Notes under the pieces: model-generated
Seen by the model: the letters and a program-made list of their open reading frames with translations, nothing else
Databases searched by the model: none
What the model was told of the DNA's origin: nothing
DNA from: Nemertoderma westbladi
Taxonomy: Eukaryota; Animalia; Xenacoelomorpha
Length of the DNA stretch: 64,000 nucleotides
Assembly: GCA_032718475.1 (NCBI GenBank)
Contig: JAUCBJ010005615.1
Coordinates: 14,354 to 78,353 of the forward strand
Reading direction: 5' to 3'
Made by a program: the position numbers and the translations under genes
In this document: positions 50,481 through 61,798 of the stretch, piece by piece
Layout: every line of letters begins with the position of its first letter
Position numbering within the stretch: position 1 is the first letter of the stretch

Positions 50481-52791
50481 CAGATAAAGTAAGTAGTGAG
50501 GGTTGAGATAGCGCCACCCATTACATCAGATAAAGTAAGTAGTGAGGGTTGAGATAGCGCCACCCATTACATCAGATAAAGTAAGTAGTGAGGGTTGAGA
50601 TAGCGCCACCCATTACATCAGATAAAGTAAGTAGTGAGGGTTGAGATAGCGCCACCCATTACATCAGATAAAGTAAGTAGTGAGGGTTGAGATAGCGCCA
50701 CCCATTACATCAGATAAAGTAAGTAGTGAGGGTTGAGATAGCGCCACCCATTACATCAGATAAAGTAAGTAATGAGGGTTGAGATAGCGCCACCCATTAC
50801 ATCAGATAAAGTAAGTAGTGAGGGTTGAGATAGCGCCACCCAGTACATCAGATAAAGTAAGTAGTGAGGGTTGAGATAGCGCCACCAAGTACATCAGATA
50901 AAGTAAGTAGTGAGGGTTGAGATAGCGACACCCAGTACATCAGATAAAGTAAGTAGTGAGGGTTGAGATAGCGACACCCAGTACATCAGATAAAGTAAGT
51001 AGTGAGGGTTGAGATAGCGCCACCCAATACAGCAGATAAAGTAAGTAGTGAGGGTTGAGATAGCGCCACCCAGTACATCAGATAAAGTAAGTAGTGAGGG
51101 TTGAGATAGCGCCACCCATTACATCAGATAAAGTAAGTAGTGAGGGTTGAGATAGCGCCACCCAGTACATCAGATACAGTAAGTAGTGAGGGTTGAGATA
51201 GCGCCACCCAGTACATCAGATAAAGTAAGTAGTGAGGGTTGAGATAGCGCCACCAAGTACATCAGATAAAGTAAGTAGTGAGGGTTGAGATAGCGCCACC
51301 CAGTACATCAGATAAAGTAAGTAGTGAGGGTTGAGATAGCGCCACCCAGTACATCAGATAAAGTAAGTAGTGAGGGTTGAGATAGCGCCACCAAGTACAT
51401 CAGATAAAGTAAGTAGTGAGGGTTGAGATAGCGCCACCCAATACATCAGATAAAGTAAGTAGTGAGGGTTGAGATAGCGCCACCCAGTACATCAGATAAA
51501 GTAAGTAGTGAGGGTTGAGATAGCGCCACCAAGTACATCAGATAAAGTAAGTAGTGAGGGTTGAGATAGCGCCACCCAGTACATCAGATAAAGTAAGTAG
51601 TGAGGGTTGAGAGAGCGACACCCAGTACATCAGATAAAGTAAGTAGTGAGGGTTGAGATAGCGCCACCCATTACATCAGATAAAGTAAGTAGTGAGGGTT
51701 GAGATAGCGCCACCCATTACATCAGATAAAGTAAGTAGTGAGGGTTGAGATAGCGCCACCAAGTACATCAGATAAAGTAAGTAGTGAGGGTTGAGATAGC
51801 GCCACCCATTACATCAGATAAAGTAAGTAGTGAGGGTTGAGATAGCGCCACCAAGTACATCAGATAAAGTAAGTAGTGAGGGTTGAGATAGCGACACCCA
51901 GTACATCAGATAAAGTAAGTAGTGAGGGTTGAGATAGCGACACCCAGTACATCAGATAAAGTAAGTAGTGAGGGTTGAGATAGCGCCACCCAATACAGCA
52001 GATAAAGTAAGTAGTGAGGGTTGAGATAGCGCCACCCAGTACATCAGATAAAGTAAGTAGTGAGGGTTGAGATAGCGCCACCCATTACATCAGATAAAGT
52101 AAGTAGTGAGGGTTGAGATAGCGCCACCCAGTACATCAGATACAGTAAGTAGTGAGGGTTGAGATAGCGCCACCCAGTACATCAGATAAAGTAAGTAGTG
52201 AGGGTTGAGATAGCGCCACCAAGTACATCAGATAAAGTAAGTAGTGAGGGTTGAGATAGCGCCACCCAGTACATCAGATAAAGTAAGTAGTGAGGGTTGA
52301 GATAGCGCCACCCAGTACATCAGATAAAGTAAGTAGTGAGGGTTGAGATAGCGCCACCAAGTACATCAGATAAAGTAAGTAGTGAGGGTTGAGATAGCGC
52401 CACCCAATACATCAGATAAAGTAAGTAGTGAGGGTTGAGATAGCGCCACCCAGTACATCAGATAAAGTAAGTAGTGAGGGTTGAGATAGCGCCACCAAGT
52501 ACATCAGATAAAGTAAGTAGTGAGGGTTGAGATAGCGCCACCCAGTACATCAGATAAAGTAAGTAGTGAGGGTTGAGAGAGCGACACCCAGTACATCAGA
52601 TAAAGTAAGTAGTGAGGGTTGAGATAGCGCCACCCATTACATCAGATAAAGTAAGTAGTGAGGGTTGAGATAGCGCCACCCATTACATCAGATAAAGTAA
52701 GTAGTGAGGGTTGAGATAGCGCCACCAAGTACATCAGATAAAGTAAGTAGTGAGGGTTGAGATAGCGCCACCCAGTACATCAGATAAAGTA
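50481..52791. repeat. 46-bp minisatellite, about 50 copies, abutting the SRSF last-exon acceptor
   Basis: CAGATAAAGTAAGTAGTGAGGGTTGAGATAGCGCCACCCA(T/G)TACAT; the variant pattern repeats at 966 bp (21 units). Confidence 0.98.
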
Positions 52792-52922
52792 CCCCACCCA
52801 CCCCTGGGCGTTTCAGGAGTAGAAAAGGCCTTGGACTTATTTGTCTCTGATGGATGGAATGTATATTTAAAAAAATAAGGAAATATTAGAATTTCAGTTA
52901 AAACGCCCACGCACATCACACA

Positions 52923-53028
52923 ATAACTGGTTATGTTACAACGCACAATAACTGGTTATGTTACAACGCACCATAACTGGTTATGTTACAACGCACCATA
53001 ACTGGTTATGTTACAACGCACCATAACT
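52923..53028. repeat. 25-bp tandem repeat x4, followed by a tandem duplication of about 120 bp (53210-53425)
   Basis: ATAACTGGTTATGTTACAACGCAC(A/C) at 52923, 52948, 52973, 52998. Confidence 0.9.
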
Positions 53029-54059
53029 CTCAGCACAAGAGGCTCTACACTACACCAATTAAGAAAATACAGTAATGAGCAGAGGAAAAACGACTATGAT
53101 TGGCCACACAATAATCTCCTCGCGCGCGTACTGCCACTAGTATGTCTCTGTTAGTTGAAACAAAATTGAAACATAATTGAAACATATTAGGAGCCACGTA
53201 ATGGTATCCTACCTGCAATGTTATGTATGCCAGTGAAACAAATTTGAAACAAATTAGGAGGGCCGTAATGATAGTCTACCGGAGAATTGGAACAATGATG
53301 GGCTACGGAGCTCAAAAAATTGGAACAATGTTAAGTATGCCAGTGAAACAAATTTGAAACAAATTAGGAGAGCCGTAATGATAGCCTACCGGAAGAATTG
53401 GAACAATGATGGGCTACGGAGCTGCCTGGGTTGTTTGGCTGAACCAGTGGTAGCACGGATGAGGGGGTAAGAAAAGGGGGAAGGATCTAAAAATAGCACC
53501 CAATAGGAAGCTTCTAGCTTCTTGCATTGCTACGGCTACCGGTACCTTGCTTGGCCTCTAGACTGGCTCTGGCATAACCCTTATTTTCACATGCGAATAA
53601 AGGAAATATTTTAAAGATCTGGTGTGTAAAACGCGTTTTTGTGCAGTGATGTTTATGATATTATAATTAAACTAACTGCACTAACTATCTCATATTTATT
53701 TAATAATATATGGTAAAAAAAAGCAACCTACCTATTAATTACAATAATTTACAATAATTATCGAATGTTCTAGGATGTAAATACTTAGCATTATTTTATA
53801 GGAAACTATTATCAAAAAACGGTTCTTGTAAAAAAGGTTTTGGCGAAAACTGTCCCTGCTTTCCGTTTTTGCCAATTTCTGGTACGGCATGATTGCTCCG
53901 AGAATGTTTGACGTGGATTCTGAATAAGGTAGATAAAGTAGGGGTGGGTGTGTTTGTTAGGTTCGGGCGGTCGGCGCGGGTAAATAGGGTGTGGGGGGGA
54001 GGGAGGGTGGGTAGGGGTAGGTGAGTGCGGGTAATTAGGTGTGTAGGGGTGGGGGAGGT

Positions 54060-55690
54060 TGGGTGCGGCTAAGTAGACGTAGACGTGCTTGCTTAGTTTG
54101 GTGTGTGGGTACGGTTAAGTATACGTGCTTATGTTGGTGGGTGGGTGCGGTTAAGTAGACGTGCTTATGTAGGTCGTAGGTGGGTGGGTGCGGTTAAGTA
54201 GACGTGCTTAGGAGGGTGGGTGGGTACAGTTAAGTAGGTGTGCTTAGGTTGGTGGGTGGGTGCGGTTAAGTAGGTGTGCTTAGGTGGGTGGGTGGGTGGG
54301 TGCGGCTAAGTCGATGTGCTTAGGTGGGTGGGTGGGTGGCTGCGGTTAAGTACACGTGTTTAGGTGGGTGGGTGGGTGCGGTTAAGTAGACGTGCTTAGG
54401 AGGGCGGGTGGGTGCGGTTAAGTAGGTGTGCTTAGGTGGGTGGGTGGGTGCGGTTAAGTAGACGTTCTTATGTAGGTGGGTGGGTGCGGTTAAGTAGGTG
54501 TGCTTAGGTAGGTGGGTGGGTGCGGGTAAGTAGACGTGCTTAGGTGTGTGCGTGCGGTTAAGTAGACGTGCTTGGGTGGGTGCGGTTAAGTAGACGTGCT
54601 AAGGGGGTGGGTGGGTGGGTGCGGTTAATTAGGTGTGTTCAGGTGGTTGGGTGGGTGTGGGTTAAGTAGACGTGCTTAGGTGGATGCGGTTAAATAGGTG
54701 TGCTTAGGTAGGTGGGTGGGTGCGGGTAAGTATACGTGCTTAGGTGGATGGGTGGGTGCGGTTAAGTATACGTTCTTAGGTGTGTGGGTGGGAGCGGTTA
54801 AGTAGGTGTGCTTAGATGGGTGGGTGGGTGTGGTTAATTAGACGTGCTTAGGTGGGTGCGGTTAACTAGGTGTGCTTAGGTAGGTGGTTGGGTGCGGGCA
54901 AGTATACGTGCTTAGGTGGGTGGGTCGGTGCGGTTACGTAAACGTGCTTAGGTGTGTGGGTGGGAGCGGGTAAGTAGACGTGCTTAGGTGTGTGGGTGGG
55001 TGCGGTTAAGTATACGTTCTTAGGTGTGTGGGTGGGAGCGGTTAAGTAGGTGTGCTTAGGTGGGTGGGTGGGTGTGGTTAATTAGACGTGCTTAGGTGGG
55101 TGCGGTTAACTAGGTGTGCTTAGGTAGGTGGTTGGGTGCGGGCAAGTATACGTGCTTAGGTGGGTGGGTGGGTGCGGTTACGTAGACGTGCTTAGGTGTG
55201 TGGGTGGGAGCGGGTAAGTAGACGTGCTTAGGTGTGTGGGTGGGTGCGGTTAAGTATACGTTCTTAGGTTTGTGGGTGGGAGCGGTTAAGTAGGTGTGCT
55301 TAGGTGGGTGGGTGGGTGTGGTTAATTAGACGTGCTTAGGTGGGTGCGGTTAACTAGGTGTGCTTAGGTAAGTGGTTGAGTGCGGGTAAGTATACGTGCT
55401 TAGGTGGGTGGGTGGGTGCGGTTACGTAGACGTGCTTATGTGTGTGGGTGGGAGCGGGTAAGTAGACGTGCTTAGGTGTGTGGGTGGGAGCGGGTAAGTA
55501 TACGTGCTTAAGTAGGTGGGTGGGTGCGAGTAAGTAGACGTGCTTAGGCGGGTGGGTGCGGTTAAGTAGACGTGCTTGGGTGGGTGCGGTTAAGTAGACG
55601 TGCTTAGGAGGGTGGGTGGGTGCGGTTAAGTATGTGTGCTTAGGTGGGTGGGTGGGTGCAGTTAAGTGGTGCTTAGGTGGGTGGGAGGTA
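54060..55690. repeat. G-rich degenerate minisatellite of about 30-34 bp, (GGGT)n-GCGGTTAAGTAGACGTGCTTA
   Basis: Directly visible; higher-order period of about 244 bp (TATACGTTCTTAGG at about 54767, 55011, 55255). Confidence 0.95.
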
Positions 55691-56302
55691 GATGTAGGAA
55701 TGGGTATGTATGGTTAAGTACAGTAGGTGTGTAATGATAGGTGGGTGGGTGGGGGTGAGTTTAGCAACTATTAAGTAGTATTACCACTTCTCAATAAGGT
55801 AGACAGCTGTATGTTTACAGTATAGAACGGTCGTAAAATAGAGGCGTCCCATTGGATGCTATTTATAGATCCATACCCCTTTTCTTTCCCCCTCTTCCCC
55901 CTTTTCTTACGCGCACTTACCCCCAGCACAGAGAAGATCTTCCCCCAGCTCGCGCGCTTCACCTCCACTGATATTCTCCTCTGCTGAATTCTCAAAACCT
56001 CTCTCATACGTGCTCAAGGGACCTCATATTCCTACCATTATTACTAAGTTTTAGTGAAGTGGTTCTGGTGAATGAACAGTGGCGACCCATACGTTTAAGA
56101 CACACTACAGAATTTAGAGTTATTACATGGTCTTTAATGATTAATTCCCATAAATTAGAACGATGTTTGCTGTTTATACAGTAAAACCTGTTCCCTGTTG
56201 TCTGACTGTTGTCCTGTCTGTTGACTGTACCGTGGAGAGTGCCATTACTGCATTACATCTTGATAGCATAGACACGCACAACAGCTGCCGTTCCATTACG
56301 CA

Positions 56303-58141
56303 ATGAACATTTCTGCGTTTGAAATGAATCCTATCCGTATATCAAAAAACAACCGAGGTACCGGTATCGCACCATCCCGGGAGAAAAGGAGGAATAGGGA
56401 GTCGAGGAATAGAAGAAATTCAGAAAGAAAAGAAAGATTCAGAAAGATCCAGAAAATTAAAAAAGATTACTATCAAACTGTATTAAGGAATGCACAGCAA
56501 CTTGGAACGATAGCTAGTAATAAAAACCAAACCACTAATCATGTTTATTCTTCAATGGCCTTCAGAAAGTCGATACAACAACAAGTCCAATTATATGGTG
56601 GTGTTAGTAACAATGTGAGTATAAAGCGGGAAGATACAGAACATTCTGCACCGGCTGATAGTAACATAGGTGGAAGCGATAATGTGTATATGGTTTATCG
56701 TTTCTCACATGATTTTAGAAAGTACGTAAGTTGCCCTGGCAGGCCTGGCCTAGCAACCCAAGATACTGACAGCCGCATTCAGGGTCAACGTGTCCTAGAA
56801 TGGTTGATAGCACCTGTTGAGTTGGCAGAGTTTACTTCTAGGTACTGGGAAAGGTACCCTGTGTTTGTGCGACGAGGTAAACCAAATTACAACCAAATGT
56901 GGTTCAGCGCTTCCGAGTTGGACATTATTCTCCGTACGAAGGAGGTTGAATTCTCGGTAAACCTCGACGTTACAACCTTCTCCGACGGTGTCCGAGAAAC
57001 CCACAACCCTGAAGGCCGAGCTCATGCTCCGGTCGTGTGGGACTACTACTCGAACGGCTGTTCGGTCCGGCTACTCAACCCCGCGACATACTCCACTTCC
57101 GTGTGGCGACTTCTCTCGCAACTCGGGGAGTTTACCGGTTGTCTCGTCGGCGCCAACGTCTACCTAACGCCACCGGGGACCCAGGGTTTCGCGCCCCACT
57201 ACGACGATATCGAGGCATTCGTGCTGCAACTCGAGGGTCGCAAGCGTTGGCGTCTTTACCGTCCGCGTAACATAGCGGAACAACTCGCACGAACCTCGAG
57301 TCCCAACCTCGATCCCTCGGATCTCGGGGCCCCCGATTTCGACGAGATTCTCCAACCCGGCGACCTCCTCTACTTCCCGCGTGGCACAATCCACCAGGCG
57401 GAGGCCCTCCCAGACACCCACAGTCTCCATATAACCGTCTCTATGTACCAAAAAAACAGTTGGGCCGACTACCTAGAGAAACTACTTCCCGCTGCGTTGA
57501 AACGCGTTATCAACGCTGATATCGAGTTTAAGAGAGGCCTTCCCTTCGACTTCCTTGACTACAGCGGCAAGGCGTTCAGAGAGGATTCTGGGACCTCGAG
57601 ATTAGCCAGTCAGAGAGACGAATTCGCACAACGCGTGCGCGGTTTAGTGACACGTTTATGTCACCACCTCCCATTGGACGGAGTTAGTGACGCGATAGGA
57701 GCCGAGCGCCTACACGATGCGTTACCTCCGGTTCTAAATGAATCGGAACGATACAGCAGTATATTCGGCAGACAGTCGATACCTCAATGGGTTACAAATA
57801 AACCGCAGGTCCTGGGGGTCTCTATGCAGGGGTCAACCGCGGTCAAACTAATCCGTCGCGGGTGTCTACGACTGATAGGAGACGATCAGGATCGATTGTT
57901 CATCTATCATTCTATAGAGAACCCTCGGGTTTACCGCGCAGAGGCGCCCAAACTGTTTGAAATTCCCGCGGAGGTTGAACCTGGCGTGGTCCATCTCATC
58001 CAATCCTACCCGGAGTTCGTGGCGGTCTCCTCCCTCCCGTTGGACGCGGAATCCAGTTGTGATCTGTGTACGCGGCTTTACGAAAAGGGTTTATTGCTGA
58101 CAAAACCATTCGACAAAGATAGAAGTTACAGAAGATATTGA
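56303..58141 (+). CDS. RIOX1: Ribosomal oxygenase 1 / NO66, JmjC 2-oxoglutarate dioxygenase (intronless CDS)
   Basis: 612 aa. Basic low-complexity N-terminus; JmjC core GANVYLTPPGTQGFAPHYDDIEAFVLQLEGRKRW...LQPGDLLYFPRGTIHQA...SLHITVS with HxD...H iron ligands. RETHNPEGRA and HDALPP motifs are characteristic of NO66. Confidence 0.95.
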   Translation: MNISAFEMNPIRISKNNRGTGIAPSREKRRNRESRNRRNSERKERFRKIQKIKKDYYQTVLRNAQQLGTIASNKNQTTNHVYSSMAFRKSIQQQVQLYGGVSNNVSIKREDTEHSAPADSNIGGSDNVYMVYRFSHDFRKYVSCPGRPGLATQDTDSRIQGQRVLEWLIAPVELAEFTSRYWERYPVFVRRGKPNYNQMWFSASELDIILRTKEVEFSVNLDVTTFSDGVRETHNPEGRAHAPVVWDYYSNGCSVRLLNPATYSTSVWRLLSQLGEFTGCLVGANVYLTPPGTQGFAPHYDDIEAFVLQLEGRKRWRLYRPRNIAEQLARTSSPNLDPSDLGAPDFDEILQPGDLLYFPRGTIHQAEALPDTHSLHITVSMYQKNSWADYLEKLLPAALKRVINADIEFKRGLPFDFLDYSGKAFREDSGTSRLASQRDEFAQRVRGLVTRLCHHLPLDGVSDAIGAERLHDALPPVLNESERYSSIFGRQSIPQWVTNKPQVLGVSMQGSTAVKLIRRGCLRLIGDDQDRLFIYHSIENPRVYRAEAPKLFEIPAEVEPGVVHLIQSYPEFVAVSSLPLDAESSCDLCTRLYEKGLLLTKPFDKDRSYRRY

Positions 58142-58957
58142 CAGATCCAACATGTAAAAGTAAAGTAAAGATGGAATTATGGAATGGAGTAAAATTGCAC
58201 TTACTTGACTCGCTGATATAAAACTATATTCTAGAGGTACCGTACAAAGGTAAAGCCATGCGTTATCATTGAATATTAGGTGTAAAGTAATTTTGATAAC
58301 ATTGAGTTTAAAAACTTTAAAAAAATATTACATTTTAGAAATTAAACACTAATAACATTATTCAACTTGTTAAAACATAAGTTAAACCTGAGTACAGTAG
58401 CCCATATCTCGATTACATCACAGTGTCTTAAATAAAAAACGTATGGGATGACGATTGTCCCCGCCTCTTGTGTCTGTGTCTTTGGAGGTCACACGATTGA
58501 AGCCGGCCCTGGTATGCAGAAAGTATTCTAGGATACAATAGTATTGTATAACACAGACATTGTGGCAACCACGACCGAATATTTATTACAATATACCAGC
58601 ATGTCATTTGATCCCTGGTGATGTTTGTGTCCATATAATAAATTAGTCATTTACGATTATCGACATAGGCCGGTGAACCTTACCCTAACGCTCGCTCACT
58701 CACCCAATGGAACACATGTACTACTAGTCTGAATAAAAATACTGTTTGTAAAATATATCGAAATATGTAATATTGTGATGTGACCCGGGATTAGGTTCCT
58801 ACAGAGTCGGATTAATTGCATTAGAAAGTTGGAATTAAAGATAAAGTGAAGCTCGGCGGCACCCAACCCACACATAAAGAAGAAGAAATATAGGATAAGC
58901 TAGCTTTATGACTATAATATAGTCCTTGAGATAATAAAATATACAACAATTACAATA

Positions 58958-59900
58958 GGGTGCATGTAAAGAGCGGACTGCGGGCTACGGACTGCGGATT
59001 GTCAATTAAAAGCCCAAATATGCGCGGTCAATTTGAATTATAGCATTATAATGTAAGAATCCGCTCTTTGTTGTCTGGACAAACGGCGGACTGAAGCCAG
59101 AAAATTGTAACCTGATTGGCTCAATCATTTACATAGGCCCAAAGGGAACTTTCCTGGATCCTCTTATTGGCTTAAATGTTTTCATTGTGACACATAGCAG
59201 AATAGAGATGGAAACACAAACAATATTCCAACATTGCTACAGTATAATTATACTGCAAGTAATTAAGTAGGACTACCGGTGCGGTATCAATTAAGCTGCC
59301 GTGTCAGCAGGCATGTACTGTTGGCCTACTGGCAACTGGTCAGCCGGTTGAAGTTTTCGATTAATTCAAACTAAATCTAAGTAGCCTATAATAAGTAAAC
59401 GTAATCGATGGTGGCCGTATTGCACATGTAGTAGGCCTATTCTTAAACGTCCAAAACTAAACTTACTATAATACATCCAGGCTTACGTAAAATGAGAGTG
59501 CCTTGATGTGAAAGTTTAGGAAAATATTACCTGATTAGCCTACTACTGTATTTACAGTAGAGGTATAGGTTCGCCACTAGTCCTCAGTAGGCTGGTAGGT
59601 ATAGGTTCGCCACTAGTAGTAGCCCCTTAATCAACAGTCCACGTAATTACTGTATAGGATAATTATTTCCTGTATTACAGTGTTGAATAGTAAACATTTA
59701 AAAGCCAAATTGGATGATTCATTCTTTAAGTTCCCTTTGGGCCTATGTAAATGATTGAGCCAATCAGGTTACAATTTACCGGCTTCAGTCCAGACAACAA
59801 AGAACGGATTCTTAGTTTGGAAGTCGATAATTTAAATTGACCGCGTGGATTTTGGCAATCCACAGTCCGCCAGTCCACAGTCCGCTCTTTACATGCACCC
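58958..59900. mobile_element. Mutator-like (MULE) non-autonomous element
   Basis: Long imperfect TIRs (about 190 bp) starting GGGTGCATGTAAAGAGCGGACTG; 9-bp TSD ATTACAATA. Confidence 0.87.
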
Positions 59901-60215
59901 ATTACAATAAGTAATAATAATGGCGAAAAATTTAAATGTGGATTATCGGTCTAAAATTATATATCCTACTTATTGTCAACAATAATATTTGATTGCCTGA
60001 AAAACTATACTATAGTCAGAAAGTTAGAATATCCTATATGTCCTCTTCTTATTTGTGGCGCCGAACTTTACTTTTAGTTAAAGTAAAACTTTTTTTACTT
60101 AAAGTTCGAATAGTTACAATATCGTCCGAAAATGAAGTTTATTTATAATCTGTTTTTTGCCTATTAAACCGGCACTAAAGGATAGGGACAACATCGACCC
60201 TATTATTGCAAATAC

Positions 60216-60793
60216 CTTTTAATAGCTCCATTCCAGTGAGCTCGCCTCCTCCTTATAACCCGGCTAGTTCCTACAGAAAGTTGTTCCAACTAATTTTCCG
60301 CTGGATGATGGCATGATGATTGAGGTTTCAATTCATCCTGTTCCCACCAGTCCAGTATGTCCACAATTTTCCAGCTATTGTGGTGCCAGGTCCTAAATTC
60401 CCGCAAAATGTATGTAACTTAGCAGTCTAGAAAAGTGATCCAGTGTCATCCAGGAAATATCTTGGTTGATTTAAATCTTCCCAGAATCCTGAGAAATGCA
60501 CCAAAGATCTCCTGTTTGTATTATCCTGTTTAAACTACAGATTTTCTCCTGTGACGTGTCACAGATATCAGCCTCCACAGTCCTGTACATTTTGATCCTG
60601 TGAACTGCAGTGTGATCCCGACAGGAAGTGGTGTTCGGATCCTAAGTTACAGCTTGTTTGGGCAGAATCCAGGCTCCAATCCTGAAATTATCCTTTTTGT
60701 ATTCCAAAATCATACTGTTTCACTTTTGAAGTCAATGCTATTGTCCTCCAAATATAATGTTTAGTGTTTTCCAGCCAGATGTCAAATAGAAAC
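60216..60793 (-). other. Candidate non-productive (poison) cassette exon in the SRSF1/9 intron
   Basis: Acceptor TTTTATGATTTTAACAG|GTT TCT ATT TGA gives a stop in the 4th codon after HE. Candidate donor AAAAG|GTATTT at 60216/60215. The segment is non-repetitive and GGA-rich. Confidence 0.45.
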
Positions 60794-61339
60794 CTGTTAA
60801 AATCATAAAACCCAATTAAACAAATTCGGACTCACAGGTTAATGCAAATAGAGGGGTTGTAGTACTAACTGGGGTCTTATACTGAAACAGGTTTCAACTA
60901 AATGTAAGATCCAATACATGATAACCAGTACAGTTATAATTCTATCTAAAGTTGGTAAAATACCAAAGAAATAAAGAAACGAAATTATAGTGAAATTTGT
61001 GTAGCTGATAAGAATAACAACATGTGGCACAGACAGTGCAGTTAAACGGTTTCGGTTGATCGAGTTGAACTTAACATATCATATGTAGTGACGACGACTC
61101 TGGTAACTGAGATAATTTATTATAAATTTATCACCTTAAAAGGTCAATAATAGCCAACGCCATATGGGATCTTTTTAGATTCAAAGGGATATTATATTTA
61201 TCATTTAAATTTGTGGACAATTACTAAATTTACATTTAATCACTAATTACTTCCTAATATTCATCATAATTGCATTATAGTCAATGCAATTCGAATTGTA
61301 GTCAATTAAATTATAAGCAACAACAGATGGTTGACCTAC

Positions 61340-61512
61340 CTCGTGGGATTTAAACTTGGTATCGTCCAGATGTTTTATGGCGTACAACATGTCCTCTTTG
61401 TGCTTAAACTCACACACCCCGACACCATCTTTGTTTACGTCGGCGTACCAGACTTCCCCAGCGTCCCGCATATGGTCTTTGAGATCCTGCCAACTTCCAG
61501 ATGGAGGGAGTC
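61340..61512 (-). CDS. SRSF1: SRSF1/9 family exon encoding pseudo-RRM2
   Basis: TCTCTAG|GA CTC...: (G)[25 protein letters not shown]...[10 protein letters not shown]|GTAGGT, with the diagnostic SWQDLKD heptapeptide. 173 nt, phases consistent. Confidence 0.95.
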
Positions 61513-61553
61513 CTAGAGATCAAATTAAATGGACTTTACCTGTAGTTATATTA

Positions 61554-61798
61554 AGGTATGTTCGCGTACACCGCTAGTGTAACCGCTGGAACGGAACACT
61601 GTGGCGTGTGAAGAACCAACCGGATGCGAGCGGTATCTGAGGCTGAGCGGTAACGGCAACGTTACCGCAGCGGTACCGGTAGGGGCTCCGGGTAGTGTAC
61701 CGCTGCCTTCCTCAGTACCGCTAGACTAACCATTTGGACCAAACTACCTGTCACTAGTTTACCGCTGAGGTACCCTACACGGTGAGTGTGTACTAGCC
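61554..61798. mobile_element. Degenerate Harbinger-like MITE in SRSF intron
   Basis: GC-rich island with internal ACCGCT/AGCGGT inverted motifs, ending GTGTGTACTAGCC; left end decayed. Confidence 0.4.

Noticed and set aside
50481-52791. CRISPR-like array (also considered for 19510-22270)
   Set aside because: Units are contiguous with no unique spacers, there are no cas genes, and the context is eukaryotic.
59560-59600. Hammerhead-like CTGAGGA...GAAC on the minus strand (and other CTGANGA hits)
   Set aside because: There is no GAAA core with a closing stem II, and stems I/III could not be formed.
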